From assembly GCA_964016885.1 (NCBI GenBank), contig OZ024742.1, positions 378,262,001 through 378,326,000 on the forward strand: DNA of 64,000 nt, in the 5' to 3' direction. Under the pieces are notes generated by a model that worked only from the letters and a program-made list of their open reading frames with translations, was not told where the DNA came from and searched no databases. A program made the position numbers and the translations under genes. Shown here in pieces: positions 49,601 through 62,989 of the stretch. How positions within the stretch are numbered: position 1 is the first letter of the stretch; every line of letters starts with the position of its first letter. Origin of the DNA: Eledone cirrhosa. Lineage: Eukaryota.

Positions 49601-51163
49601 AGCAGGATACAAGTTGGGAAGGGGAGAGCTTACCATCAATCACCTCCTCTTCATGGACGATCTTAAGCTCTTCGGGAAAAGTGAGAAGGAGTTGGATGTG
49701 CTTGTTGACACTGTCCGTATTTTCAGCAGTGATATATGTATGCAGTTTGGTATTGGTAAATGTGGAGTCATTGTGATGAGGAGGGGTAGGTTGAGCAGAA
49801 GTAACGGGATCCAGATACCAACAGGTGAGATGATAAAGGAAATTGACTCTGAGGAAGGATACAAGTATTTGGGCGTTCTGGAGGCTGATGGCATAAAGAA
49901 CAAAAAAATGAAGGAATTGTTAAGAACTGAATACATTCGGAGAGTAAGGAGCGTATTGAAGTCACATCTGAACAGCAGAAATGCCATAAGCGCAGTAAAT
50001 TCCCGAGCTGTGTCTATTATTAGGTACAGTGCGGGAATTCTGAGATGGAATGTTGCTGAACAAAAAGAAATGGATAGGAAGACTAGGAAGCTATTGACTA
50101 TCTACAACATGTTCCACAAGAGGAGTGATGTCGATAGACTCTACCTAAGGAGATCTGAGGGTGGAAGAGGTCTTATCAGCATAGAGGACTGTGTTCAGAT
50201 GGAGAAAAACAACCTATACAAATACGTGACCTATAGTAAGGAGCCAATGCTCAGAACTGTACTGAAGGAGGGGACAGTAGGCCAGGGGATATCCAAGGAG
50301 GAAATAACATCAAGGAGGAAGAGCAGCCTTAAGGGAAAATCCCTTCATAGTACCTTCTTTGAGAAAACTGAATTTAGAGATCCACAGACATGGAACTGGT
50401 TGAGAAGAGGAGACCTCAAAAAGGCTACAGAAGGAATGCTAATGGCTGCGCAGGAGCAGGCTCTCAAAACGAAGTGGTTGAAGCACCATATCTACAAGGA
50501 GGAGGCTAGCCCACTGTGCAGGATCTGTGGAGAGAGAGAGGAGACTGTGGCTCACATTGTGTCCGAGTGTAAACACCTAGCCCAGACCCACTATAAGGGC
50601 TGGAGACACGATGTGATGGGCAGGGTGATCCACTGGCACCTGTGCAAAGTAAACAATCTACCACATTCTGAGAAATGGTATGAGCATAGGCCAGAGGCGG
50701 TGATGGAGAACAGTCAGGTGAAGGTGCTGTGGGATTTTAGGATACAGACGGACAAAAAACTGGAACACAATAGACCTGACCTGGTGGTTGTGGACAAAGA
50801 AAAAAGATCGTGCCTGATTGTGGATGTGGCCTGCCCGTTCGACACGAGAGTGCAAGAGAAGGAGAGGGAGAAAATTAACCGATACCAGGACCTAAAGTGG
50901 GAGGTGAAAAGGATTTGGAACTGCCATGAAGTCAAAGTGATCCCGATTGTAATAGGCGCACTGGGGACTATCTCCAAAGGTTTCCAGGGATGGTTAAAGA
51001 AAATCGGCCCCTTCACGCTTTTTGGAACGCTTCAAAAGGCATGCTTGCTTGGAACGGCAAGAACCCTCCGATACGTCCTGAATATCTGAGGCTGCAGGTA
51101 GTGGCTTGATATTCAATCCAACGGACTTTCCAGTTAACCAACATCAATGACTGAGATTCAAGG
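46637..51163 (+). mobile_element. R4/Dong copy D5 (subfamily a), full length, nearly identical to D4
   Basis: Both termini present; one 1-nt deletion at about 48531 (CACTATGA vs CACTACTGA). Confidence 0.95.
47698..51089 (+). pseudogene. D5 ORF with a single frameshift (could be a sequencing error)
   Basis: 47698-48534 plus 48531-51089. Confidence 0.85.
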
Positions 51164-51313
<150 letters not shown>

Positions 51314-51400
51314 GATTTCATTTATCGGCCACTGGGGCCGACATATAGGGGACAATACAAAGACAGGGTGTGTGGGTGTTTACAATAAAATTGAGTGAAG
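51314..51400 (-). mobile_element. Short 3'-terminal fragment T7 of the T2-type Tx1 subfamily
   Basis: ATTTCATTTATCGGCCAC...GGGGACAATACAAAGACAGGG matches 14045-14100. Confidence 0.8.
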
Positions 51401-52600
51401 GGTACTGCAAAAGCTCATGTGGCTGCAAAGAATAATTATTAATAACCAAAGCTGCAAGAAAGGAAAAGCAAATCTCAGTATGGCAAGGTTATCAGAAGTC
51501 TTTTAACAGTATTCCCCATACGTGGGTGCTGAACATACAGACGATAAAATAGCGCTAGATATAAAAACATCCATCAAACATGCCACGAGTAAATGGAAAA
51601 CAGTTCTACAGATATAAACAAAAGATGATTGTATAAAAACTGACCCCCTCCCAAGTAACAGAGGAATATTTCAAGGGGACTCCATTTCACCATTCTTCTT
51701 CTACCTAACATTGGCACTATTACCTGACATACTAAACAGGACTGGACTTGGATATAAATGCTGTACGCTGCAAATGAGAGTACATGGATTCACAAAAAAA
51801 ATAAACATTAAATATAGATTAGAAAATTATGCCAAGGCAACACTGAAGGGGTGAAAACTAGTGAAAACTTTAATATCACACTAGATAAAAAAACTGAGAT
51901 GAGAGAATTATATCAAACACTGACATAGAAATACTTAGGAACCAATGAACTAGGTAGGTTTCTACACTGGTTAAAGAAAAGTTTAGAACAAATACTATAG
52001 CCGTACTATATCACTACTTAAGGCGGAACTGAATGCAAATAATAAGATAATAGACATCAATACTCTAGCGGTCCCAGGAATAAGCTGTAGTTTTTAACAT
52101 TCTGAACTAGAGACTAAAATAACTAACATGACTAGACAGAAAAACAATAAAAATAACTATTGCGTTTAGAATACACCACCCAAAATCAGATGTAGAAAGA
52201 TTATACCTACCACAAACCTTATGCAACTAAAAATCTATTATTAAATAACAACTGTTAGACAATAAAAATATCTGATGAAAAATATAAAAAAAGTTATCAG
52301 AGAATGACGAAGTAACATTACTTTGGGATATGTCAATACACACAGACAGGGAGATCGAAACCAACAGACTAGATATTATAGTCAAAGACTTATAATTGAT
52401 GTATCTATTCCCACAGACGACAATATATCCCTCAAGGAAATGGAGAAATTATTTAAATATAAAGATCTGGAGATAGAAATAACCCGACCATGGAGGATGA
52501 AAACCAAAACAATCCATATAATAATAGGTGCTATGGGAATGATAAAAATAAACACACAGACAGATATATAATCAAAACCTCAGGACTTACCTCTAATGAA
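51400..52600 (+). pseudogene. Old, decayed R4-clade element remnant
   Basis: RGIFQGDSISP at about 51660; HHPKSDVERLYLP at about 52175; LIIDVSIPTDDNISLKEMEKLFKYKDLEIEI in 52323-52571. Confidence 0.8.
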
Positions 52601-52663
52601 TTCGTTAAATATTACGTTCTTGTGATTTAAACTCGGTGTTTGGTTATAAAACCTATTTGAGGT

Positions 52664-53087
52664 ACTCTCGGGTCCCAAATAATGGGGCTTGGGGTTAGAA
52701 TATGTGGGGGTGAGTAGTGGTTGAAAATCAGTAATTTTTCTAGTTTGTCTCAGTTGCTTTTTAAAAACCAGAATTAGTCGTTTAGTTTACATATTGAGAC
52801 CACCAACACATCCTATTTATTTTGTAACATATGGGATTTCTAGTAATGTACTTTTTTGTCATGTTTAATGTTTTTTAATGTATAAAGAAAATTAATTGTC
52901 GCAGGAATTCTACCACTTAAAATAAAATTTCGCCCATTTATTAAATAAATGAAATTTAATAAAATTTAAATAAAAATTAATAAATGTAGGGTGGGAAAAA
53001 TCTAAAAAATTAATAAGCGGGGTGTGGTGGGGGTAAACGAAACATTAATGTGTTGGGAGGAGGGGTGATTATTCGAGACCCGAGAGT
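52664..53087. mobile_element. MITE-like element with 20-bp terminal inverted repeats
   Basis: ACTCTCGGGTCCCAAATAAT (52664-52683) vs ATTATTCGAGACCCGAGAGT (53068-53087), 2 mismatches; AT-rich interior; TSD unclear. Confidence 0.65.
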
Positions 53088-53280
53088 TCGTTATTTCTTA
53101 TCATGAAATTGTCGTGATGTTTGAACTTTATATTTTATACATTTTTCTGTTGAAACATGTGTAAAACAAATAAAATGTTTTAAATTTCTTCATCTTCAAC
53201 AAACAACCTTGTCCAGACTTGTACTTTGGAGAGGGAACTTTCTAGGTGCAGGAACAAGGGTTATTCGTGACTGAAGGGTC

Positions 53281-53520
53281 GCTCTCTCTCCCTCTCACTC
53301 TTTCCATCTCTCTTTCACTCCACTCCTCTCTCTCTCCTGTTCTCTCTCCATTTCTCTCTCCATTTCTCACTCCCTCTCCCCCATCTCTCTCTCTGTCTCT
53401 GTCTCTGTCTGTCTCTCTTCCTCACCATATCTCCCTCTCACTTTCTTCCCTTCTCACCCCCCTCCCTCCCCCTATCTTACCCCCTCTCGCATTCCCCTCT
53501 CTCTCACCTCCCCCTCTCAT
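53281..53520. repeat. Degenerate CT-rich microsatellite
   Basis: Seen directly. Confidence 0.9.
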
Positions 53521-54323
53521 ATTTTAACTCACAATATGAGCTACATCATTTAACACTACAGAACATTTTCCGTTACTACCAATTCGCACTCAATTAACAT
53601 TACTAAATATTTTACTTTATAACTGAATCTTCTTGTCATTGTTAGAATTATATATCTCGAGTATATTTAGATCATTAAACAATATCATTGTATATCAAAC
53701 AATGCTGCGTCGCGTAAACAAAAAATATAATATAATATAATATATAATATATAAAACCAGAAATAATCCATTTTCTGATCTCAGACAATTTCTACTGTAA
53801 AGCCTTCCGATATAATCCAAAATTTCCTTTTCTCCCTTAAATAAATAAATTGATTTGGAAAGCTAACATTTAAACAATGCAGAATAAAATATTTACCTTC
53901 GAAAGAAAAGGAAAATAATAAAAGAAAGCCACAACAAAGTCCAGATATCACTCTAGGGTCAAATCTCTTTATTAGAGTGTAATATGATTTTTGACTCCAA
54001 ATATATCTCACGATATTTTTTATATATTCTGAACAATTTACTTTTTATTCCTTTTTATTTGTTTCTTAGTTTTATTTGTATTGTTAGTTTCTCGTATTTG
54101 TTTGTTATCGATCTTATCGAATTATCTTTGCCAACAAAGGTTTCACTCTTTCCCTGTTCCTTCAGTGACTATCATATTTCATTTCAATTATTCAATCTGT
54201 GATATATATTAGACAGAATCATAAAGTAATTATTGTCAGGTGGGAAACAGCAAAATAAAACAAAATCAATAAATCTATAAGTAGACAAATCTATAATTAT
54301 TACATACTTAACAATAATAATAA

Positions 54324-54460
54324 TTGTTTCTACTTTTGGGACAAGGCCAGCAATTATCCCTGTGAATTACTGGTACTTTATTTTATCGACCCCCGTAAGG
54401 ATGAAAGGCAAAGCTGACCTCGGCGGGATTTGAACTTAGACCGTAAAGGGCCGTAACTTA
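54324..54460 (-). mobile_element. SINE family 1, 5'-truncated
   Basis: Homologous to 3411-3545; (AAT)n at the tail. Confidence 0.85.
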
Positions 54461-54897
54461 GCAATAATAAATGATCGAGACGAAGCGAAGTGTGTATCTG
54501 AATCTAAACTATAATACAGTAAGGAGTGCGGGACTGCGTACGGTTTATAATATCTTTTTATTCCATTAGTAAAATAAGTTGGATTACTTTGAATAAATAA
54601 TGAATGAATATTACATAATTTATCTACTAAATTTCGTGGCTGTTGATGAAATATATTTTGTTTATTTAAAGATTCACTTCTTTAAAATTTCTGAAATATC
54701 AACACTTCCGGTTGGCCATTGCTTAAATAAACATACTCATTTTCTGTCACTAATTTTCTCCTAATGCAGTTTATATATAATATCGTCTTTTTTAATGTAT
54801 CATGGATTACTTTACTGATTACATAAGACAGTGTAACGCAGTCTTCATTCAATTTCTATGTATTATATATTGTCAATTACGATGTTATTTGATATCA

Positions 54898-55024
54898 TAT
54901 CTACATGTATATATACCTGCCTATAATATCAAAATACACACTACACATGCTAGCAGATATATAATATCTACATGTATATATACCTGCGTATAATATCAAT
55001 ATACACACTACACATGCTAGCAGA
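54898..55024. repeat. Tandem duplication with ~67-bp period
   Basis: TATCTACATGTATATATACCTGC...CACATGCTAGCAGA occurs twice. Confidence 0.85.
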
Positions 55025-55051
55025 AACACCACCTGAAGGTTTTTCTGCTAG

Positions 55052-55337
55052 TACATATAAAAATGAGAAAACTGTTCGCTAGAACAACCGTTAAAACAGA
55101 TAAATTCTGTCAAAGATAGTGATGGGCAAACATGCCTCAGAGGGCAGAGACCAACGACCACAAGGTGGGTGAATCTTTTCTATAGTTCATCTACCTGTCA
55201 ACTACCTTGTGGATTGTCTTTCTGTTGACCACTGGCCACTAGTCTCTGTCCTCTGAGGCAGTTTTTCCCATCACTGTCTTTGACAGCAACTGTTTTAACG
55301 GTTGTTCTGGCGATCAGTTTTCTCATTTTTATATGTA
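55052..55337. mobile_element. Foldback/MITE-like element with ~100-bp imperfect inverted arms
   Basis: TACATATAAAAATGAGAAAACTG...CTCAGAGGGCAGAGAC vs GTCTCTGTCCTCTGAGG...CAGTTTTCTCATTTTTATATGTA; TA at both ends. Confidence 0.75.
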
Positions 55338-55344
55338 TAATAAT

Positions 55345-55529
55345 GGTTTCTTATATAGGCACAAGGCCAGCAATTACCCAGTGCATTACTGGTACTTTAT
55401 TTTATCGACCCCGTAAGGATGAAAAGCAAAGTTAACCTCGACAGGATTTGAACTCAGACCGTAAAGGGACGTAACTATGCTGGAAAGCATGGCGTTCGAC
55501 CCCCTACCGATACTGCCAATTCACCGCCC
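55345..55529 (-). mobile_element. SINE family 1, full length, 18-bp TSD TTTTATATGTATAATAAT
   Basis: TSD at 55327-55344 and 55530-55547. Confidence 0.92.
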
Positions 55530-55843
55530 TTTTATATGTATAATAATAATAACAACTCGGTATAATTCGTATGCAATCACCGACAAAGTACAAAACCTTC
55601 ACCTGAACTCAATCACATGATCCTAACATTGCTATTCAATACTTAGTTTTACTAAAACACCTTCTCATAATTCTTATCTCACAGCTATCCTGCTAACAAA
55701 ATAATTACACTGTAATATTCTGTTTTATTTAGTCCATAACAAATACCTCTTTTAATAAACCTAACATTTCTTCACAATTCCTTATATACTTTAACTAGTA
55801 TTTCGCCATTTTCTTTTCTTTTTTAGTCCCTCTACAATATAAT

Positions 55844-55936
55844 TGTTTCTACTTTAGGCACAAGACCAGCAATTACCCAGTGCATTACTGGTACTTTATT
55901 TTATCGACCTCGTAAGGATGAAAGGCAAAGTCAACT
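55844..55936 (-). mobile_element. SINE family 1, 5'-truncated, 13-bp TSD TCTACAATATAAT
   Basis: TSD at 55831-55843 and 55937-55949. Confidence 0.9.
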
Positions 55937-56654
55937 TCTACAATATAATGTTTATAGGACTCTTCGTAGGCCTCCTTTGATCAAGAATGACCATACGTTT
56001 GCACCTAAAAAGCTCCCATCCAAAGCAATTATCCAGGTAAGTTGCTTTATAAAAAAAACTAGTAGTCGTCCATGCATTCTAGTCTCCCATCTACCCGTCC
56101 CTGAATGACATTGCCTTTCTTTATAAATTGTGCTTGGGTGATTATGACTAGGTAAGAATCCATGTTTTCTTTTACCGCTCAGTAAAGGAAATACGAGCAG
56201 GGCCTATCATGCTTGCAACAGAGTCAACCTCATCTAAGGGTACTCAAGGGTACTCAGATATCATGTGGTGGTGTTACAAATGGTCAACTACCCAGGAATT
56301 TAAAAGTCAAAAGTCCGAACATATGAGCGTCCGATCCGATGCTCTGACACTTCCGCCAATCCACTGCTATTAACTGGTACGTAGTTTTTTTCATTTCCAG
56401 TGCTATGAAACCCAAGCAGGATTTAAATGAGAAGTTTAATGAAACAATGGTCAAGTTGATACTATTTCTTACAGCTATTAGTTAACATGTTACCTTAGGT
56501 CATCTTTACATCTGAGTGGACTGACTTAAAGAAAATGGTGTTTCTACAGCACCAAATTGTCTCAATGTTGAGATTTGAACTAACATTGTAAGATTACTAA
56601 ATAAACTGGAACCCTATCACGACATTCAGCTGTAAATACGTGTATTATATATAA

Positions 56655-56842
56655 TTGTTTCTACTTTTGGCACAAGGCCAGCAATTATTCCGTGTATTAC
56701 TGGTACTTTATTTTATCGACCCCGTAAGGATGAAAGGCAAAGTTAACCTCGGCAGGATTTGAACTCAGATCATAAAGGGCTGTAACTCTATGCTGCAAAG
56801 CATGGTGTCTGACGCTCTATCGATACTGCCAACCCACCGCCC
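56655..56842 (-). mobile_element. SINE family 1, full length
   Basis: Homology with the other copies; B box GAGTTCAAATCC on minus strand. Confidence 0.9.
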
Positions 56843-57934
56843 GTTTATAAAGGTGGCTAATGTAAATTTAGATATTTTTCCTGATTTCCCGAGGAAAGAA
56901 TCCTAACCAACAAACGCTGTCTGGGAAATATTTTATTTCAAAGGTATAAATATTTACACAATGAACACAATACAAAAATAAATAATAAAGAAAGAGCAAA
57001 GAGTGATCATGTTTTATTTTATGTTTAGTAGTTTTATATAACAAATTCTATAATAAAACAGAAGCCTGCTGCTTGAAATATGACCTTTCTTAGATATGTT
57101 CTGAAATAGTTTAATATTTACACTATATGTGGTAATTGTAATGTGGTAAGTTCCGTAATTCTCAGACTGGAACATAACTAAATATTGAATATTCTTGTAA
57201 TATGTCAAATGTAGGTCAGCCAAATTGAGACAATAGTTCTCTGAACTATACCCCAAAAGTCAGAGATGCATAGACACTGGACGACTGTGTACTGAATAGT
57301 TTCGTAACCTTGCACATATACTTGTGTATCTCCAGCACGGTCATGTAGCCATGTTGGTACAAGGTAGAACATTTGGTAACTGTCCAGAGTATCTGACCTA
57401 AATATACTTCAAAAGAGACTTTTCATCGACCATATGGTCCAGCTAGTAGAGTGCTTTGAGTGTCTGTCAACATCCCAGATCCTTGTTCAGGTCATACTTC
57501 ATGAACATCACAACATCTCGGCTCCGACTACTTGGAATATTCGCATTCTGCTAAGACAATAGACAATAGACAACTACCAACACAGACGTAACAAAAATTT
57601 AATGCATTCGATATAAAACCGAACACAGACTATATAATAAGTAGGAGAGGTTAAGTAGACAATATTTCAATGTTTAGCAGTCAAGTTCTTGCAAAGTCCA
57701 AATATATCCACAGTGATGTGCCAATAAGAATCGGAGAACTAGTTATGATGAAAGAAATATGAACAGGAACATGGAAGTCATGTCAGGGTTGCCAGTACTA
57801 CACACTATACAAACAATGGCTGTTAGGAACACCCCACATCTTGTGTAAGACATTATCGAGTCAATAACACATCTCACATAGAAATGTCTTCACACACACA
57901 CCATACAATAAAAAAGTCTAAAGTCTGTCAGGCC

Positions 57935-58160
57935 GGTACTTATCTCGGTTTCGTGGCGTGACGTGACTGAGAATGCAAGACTCCCCCTGGACAGGACACA
58001 AGTGCATCGCAGGGTTACTCCCTCAGCTATTGCTGGTACTCATTTTCTGTTGAATATACTGGAGCAACAGGAAATGAAGTGTTCTGCTCAAGAAGACAAC
58101 ACGCAACCCAGCCCAGGAATCGAACCCTCGACATTATTATTGTAAGTCCACTGGGCTGCA
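57935..58160 (-). mobile_element. Probable second tRNA-derived SINE family
   Basis: Minus strand GGGTTCGATTCCTGG B box followed by CTTGAGCAGAACACTT core-like segment; single copy in the window. Confidence 0.55.
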
Positions 58161-59175
58161 CGAATTCACTCCTTACAATAAGCATGTAATACAATAAAAC
58201 AACACAATACACAACATACACGCTACAAGATTAATAGCCAATAAAAAACACAATTTTTATTACACACGACAGAAAACCCACCAAAATAACTCAAGAAACT
58301 TTAAGTTTAAACCCGTAACAAAATAAATCTGATGTAGTCAGGCTTGTGTCCAGGAGGCCCTACCTCAAACAGTTTTGCTCCGTTCATGGCTCACCTAGTT
58401 TGAGCCACAGCTACCTTGAAACAGGTTATGCAGCCTCGGTGTCTAATTTAATTGTGATTCACCTATGGCTCCTGTAGCTCCTGTAGGTTATGCTGAGAGA
58501 CTGACGTGCAAATCATTTGCTATCTGTTGCTCCGATATACTTCTACTAACTCTGTTTAAATCATTCTCTTCATATTGGTCTCGCCAGTGCGGCCCTCCCA
58601 AGAAATGAAGATTTCTAAGAGAACTACCAACTTGGAAGATTCTGAGATCAACACCATATCGGCACTTATAGATGTGGCAACAATTTCCATGAACTTCAGT
58701 CGCCTGCACAGATCAACTTTCAGTTCCCAGGATTGAGCCGCTCTTAACAGACCAGAGCATGAATCTGGCAGTTTGTCGTAGCTTCTTTCCCGCTCTGACT
58801 AAAGTCTTCGTCGCTACGCGGAGGAGCTGACAATGACATATCCCACTCCATATGGGGTCTGCTACGAACTTCAAGGCATGGTCATGTCTCCAGGTGTAAC
58901 ACCTTTCGAGTTATATTGTTACAAATAAAAGAAATCCCAAATTTTTGATGTGTAGGTTTTGTTTTAGAGTTTAATTAGAAAGTAGTACTGCACCCACGAT
59001 ATCTGCAGGCTCTCCAAGATATTGAAACCCCATACTAACCAACTATGTCATTTAATTCTTATTTCCAAATCCTTTAAACAACATTTCAGATCAAACTTTC
59101 CATCAAAATAGCCCAAAATATCAAATATATCTCTCAAACTGAAAGAATTGTGTCCAACATTATTTAATAAGTCTT

Positions 59176-59394
59176 GGGCGGGGAATAGGCATTTTCGTTA
59201 GAGCGTCGGACAGCACGCTTCGCGGCATAGTGTTACGGCCTTTTACGTTCTGAGTCCAAATCCCGCCGAGGTTAGCTTTGCCTTTCATCCTTACGGCGTC
59301 GATGAAATGAAATACCAGTAATGCACTGGAGTCGATTTAATCGACTTTCCCCTCCCCCGAAATTGTTGGCATTGTGCCTAAATCAGAAATGATT
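59176..59394 (+). mobile_element. SINE family 1 variant with extra GTCGATTTAATCGAC segment
   Basis: Homology with the other copies. Confidence 0.85.
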
Positions 59395-59839
59395 GGGGGG
59401 GGGGGGGGCAAATAAAGTACTTACATTTATTAGCCAAACAAATTTCAGTTTTCAATGAGAAATTGTTGCACATGCGTAATGTCCTATATTTAAAGCCATA
59501 TCCTCTTATCCTTTATTTTTATCGGATTTTGATTTTCTAGTTTGTATTCGAATTTTCTCACCTTACAAGTGTTTGGAAAAGTTTGAATTAATCTCATAAA
59601 AGATTATAATGTGAACTAAATTTAAACAAAATCCTTCAATAGCGAACATATGAAGTATTTTAAATATCATTTTACTGAAATAAAATGTAAGAAATTGGTT
59701 CTATGCCTGCTTTTTGTATTTTTGTTTTCGTTTTTAACTGGAGTTTTACTTTCTAGAATAGGAGGACATGTGATATGTACTTATAGGAATATAATGAAGT
59801 ATCAGGTGTAACTAAAAGGGAAAGGAAAGCACTTGCATG

Positions 59840-60220
59840 ACAAGATACAATGGCTGAACAACATTTAATGGCTGAACAAGATATAATGGCTGACCAAGAT
59901 ATAACAATATATAATGGCTGACCAAGATATAACAAGATATAACATGGCTGACCAAGATATAACAAGATATAACATGGCTGACCAAGTTATAACAAGATAT
60001 AACATGATATAACATGGCTGGCCAAGATATAACAAGATATAACATGATATAACATGGCTGGCCAAGATATAACAAGATATAACATGATATACCATGATAT
60101 AACATGGTTAACTAAGATATAACATGATATAACAAGATATAACACGGCTGGTCAAGATATAACAAGATATACATGATATACCATGATATAACATGGCTGA
60201 CCAAGATATAACATGACATA
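59840..60220. repeat. Minisatellite of 10-bp units (AACAAGATAT/AACATGATAT/AACATGGCTG/ACCAAGATAT) in 30-40-bp higher-order blocks
   Basis: Seen directly. Confidence 0.9.
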
Positions 60221-60806
60221 AATTATATTTATTTACGACAGTTGTGTATCTAAATAATGGAAGTTTACTATTTGACAATAGTTATACAACGAGGGAAATA
60301 TTTACAAAGGATCAAAACAAAATTAAGTAATGAAAAAGCAAGGGGGAAAGAGTAAAGAAGGGCAGATCTGGCTGTGTAGGGAAGTAAAGGAAAGGACTAT
60401 AAGTGTTATAAATGGGGAGAAAAGGAAGGAAAGAGCAAAGATTATTAGGTAGCGGAAGAATCCGTGCAAAGTCGAGGCGGTGTTTCTGCGGAAAAACACT
60501 TTAAAGGCATTTACGGAGACAATGGCCAGCGATACCTGCTGCAACAGCCACCCCACCTCACAGGGCTCCTTTATCAGACGGACTGCTGACGTCCAGATTT
60601 TACAGAGAAGCTCGGTTGTATTCTCACCTTTAATTAGATCCTCTCAGGTATATTTATTTCAGTCTGTTTTACTGTTCTTATACATCACTAGTAACATCGC
60701 TAATTAATCCTTCACCTTTATCTAGATTTCGAATGAAATAAAACATAGTTTCCTGTTTGTATGGAAATATAAAGAAGACTTTATTAACTGAGATATATCA
60801 GACACC

Positions 60807-60908
60807 GTATGTATGTATGTATGTATGTATGTATGTATGTATGTATGTATGTATGTATGTATGTATGTATGTATGTATGTATGTATGTATGTATGTATGT
60901 ATGTATGT
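60807..60908. repeat. (TATG)n microsatellite
   Basis: Seen directly. Confidence 0.98.
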
Positions 60909-61522
60909 CATGTCAGGTCACCCGTTGGTGCTACTGGTAACATGTATCCCAGTACAACCTGTCTCATGGTCGGGTCATTGGCGACTAAACTGGCAACCCC
61001 ACCAAGGTTTCTTGGTGAGGAGTGTGACTTTGGACATCCTGCAGGACTAAAAACAAAACCTGTCAAAGGGCAAAGGAGCTCTTAAGAGTCAATGGCCATC
61101 CAAAATCACCGGGAGAGATGACCCCTTAGCCTTTGTCAAGGCAGAATTCTAGGAGAAGGAAAACTCTGATATAACACCTGCAACCCTGATGGTATCCAAT
61201 GATGTTGACTTGTTCTTCTTTTTGGTAAATATCATCTTGGTTAAGAGAGTGGGACTGGCTTTGTGCAGTGCCTTTGCTCACTATAAAAGCTTCACGGCAC
61301 AGGCATTGCTTTATATCTGGAGATCTCTCTGCACTTGTCATCACATGGTACCATGGGCCCAGCAATATGTGTCAATAATTGTCACAAGTGCAGTGTTTGT
61401 ACCAGAGTTTTCAAGTCGCTGGCGGGACTAAAAAGTCACACTCGTTCAGCGCATCAGTAGGGGTTCTCCTACATGGATATGAAGTAGTGGCCGTACTCGA
61501 AAACGAGTTGGCAGCCACCACC
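60909..61522 (+). mobile_element. ~610-bp non-coding segment between two (TATG)n tracts, probable non-autonomous retroelement
   Basis: GC-richer segment with the same microsatellite on both sides; strand and family are guesses. Confidence 0.45.
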
Positions 61523-61695
61523 ATGTATGTATGTATGTATGTATGTATGTATGTATGTATGTATGTATGTATGTATGTATGTATGTATGTATTATGTATG
61601 ATTGCATGTATGTATGTATGTATGTAGGTATGTATGCATGCATGTATAGATATATGTATATTTATATATGTATATATACATATACATATGTAAAT
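61523..61695. repeat. (TATG)n/(TA)n microsatellite
   Basis: Seen directly. Confidence 0.95.
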
Positions 61696-61730
61696 ATGAT
61701 AATAAGGGCGCTGCGGAGTTGCAAATGGGT

Positions 61731-61860
61731 TACATATGAAAAAAGTTTGTCCTTCATCAGTGATCTTCCAACTATCATAGGCATTTCATCGCTTTAAAGC
61801 GATGAAATGCCTATGATAGTTGGAAGATCACTGATGAAGGACAAACTTTTTTCATATGTA
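61731..61860. repeat. Perfect 130-bp palindrome with no spacer
   Basis: Arms are exact reverse complements around GCTTT|AAAGC (centre 61795/61796). Confidence 0.95.
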
Positions 61861-61983
61861 TACATATATATATGTGTGTGTGTATATATGTGAGTGTGTA
61901 TGTATGTGTATATGTATATATATACATATATATAAATACATAATATGCACATATATACATACATATATATACACAATATACAC

Positions 61984-62039
<56 letters not shown>

Positions 62040-62055
62040 TGAAATATATATATCA
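61861..62055. repeat. (TA)n/(TG)n/(CATA)n low-complexity tract
   Basis: Seen directly. Confidence 0.95.
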
Positions 62056-62344
62056 TATTTCATCTTTAGTATAATAAATCACTATAATATATTGAGAAAT
62101 GACAGCAAAAACAATTTCAATATATTTCAACAAAGAAAAGCAATGACTTTTAAAATGTTCAATATGAGTTCTGTCAAATAAAACACACACAAATGACTTT
62201 TTAAAATGGATTAGTAGCTAATAAGACGCCAATGCAATATTAAGATAATTCCTATTTAAATATTATTTACCTACTTTTATATTCCCTGTTTGTTTTCAGA
62301 GATTTCTTCATCTGATTTTCTCAATTCTACACATTATATCAAAA

Positions 62345-62532
62345 GGGCGATGGATTGGCAGTATTGGTAGAGGGTCGGACGCATTGCTTTGCACCAGAGA
62401 GTAACGGCCCTTTATGGTCTGAGTTCAAATCCCGCCGAGGTTAACTTTGCCATTCATCCTTACGGGGTCGATAAAATAAGTAATGCACCAGTAATGCACT
62501 GGGTAATTGTTGGCTTTGTGCCGAAAGTAGAA
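62345..62532 (+). mobile_element. SINE family 1, full length, 16-bp TSD ACACATTATATCAAAA
   Basis: A box TGGCAGTATTGG, B box GAGTTCAAATCCC; TSD at 62329-62344 and 62533-62548. Confidence 0.93.
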
Positions 62533-62664
62533 ACACATTATATCAAAAATTAAATTCATCTTAAATTGACAACAGAAACAAACAAAACTATAGAAAACAT
62601 AATTGTTAGCGCAGACTATTTCGACATTGGTAACAAAGTTAACATTTTAAATTCAGCTCGTTAA

Positions 62665-62674
62665 TCATCACCAC

Positions 62675-62731
<57 letters not shown>

Positions 62732-62761
62732 CATCATCATCATCATATATCATCATCATAT

Positions 62762-62793
<32 letters not shown>

Positions 62794-62842
62794 ATATCAT
62801 CTTCATCATATATCATCATCATCATCATCATCATCATCATCG

Positions 62843-62882
<40 letters not shown>

Positions 62883-62913
62883 ATATCATCTTCATCATAT
62901 ATCATCATCATAT

Positions 62914-62989
<76 letters not shown>

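Noticed and set aside
10532-51016. Recurrent antisense ORFs (MTLFTLAVV..., MAFLLFRCD..., MKGPIFF...)
   Set aside because: Shadows of the retrotransposon ORFs; they recur only because the elements are repeated.
30630-51163. Segmental duplication explaining D4/D5 and the repeated element order
   Set aside because: Neighbours on both sides of D4 and D5 differ, which favours independent insertions.
55017-55052. Helitron 3' end (hairpin + CTAG|T)
   Set aside because: No identifiable 5' TC terminus or second copy.
58488-58709. Possible decayed LINE C-terminus or host exon
   Set aside because: No convincing motif and no supporting flanking frames.
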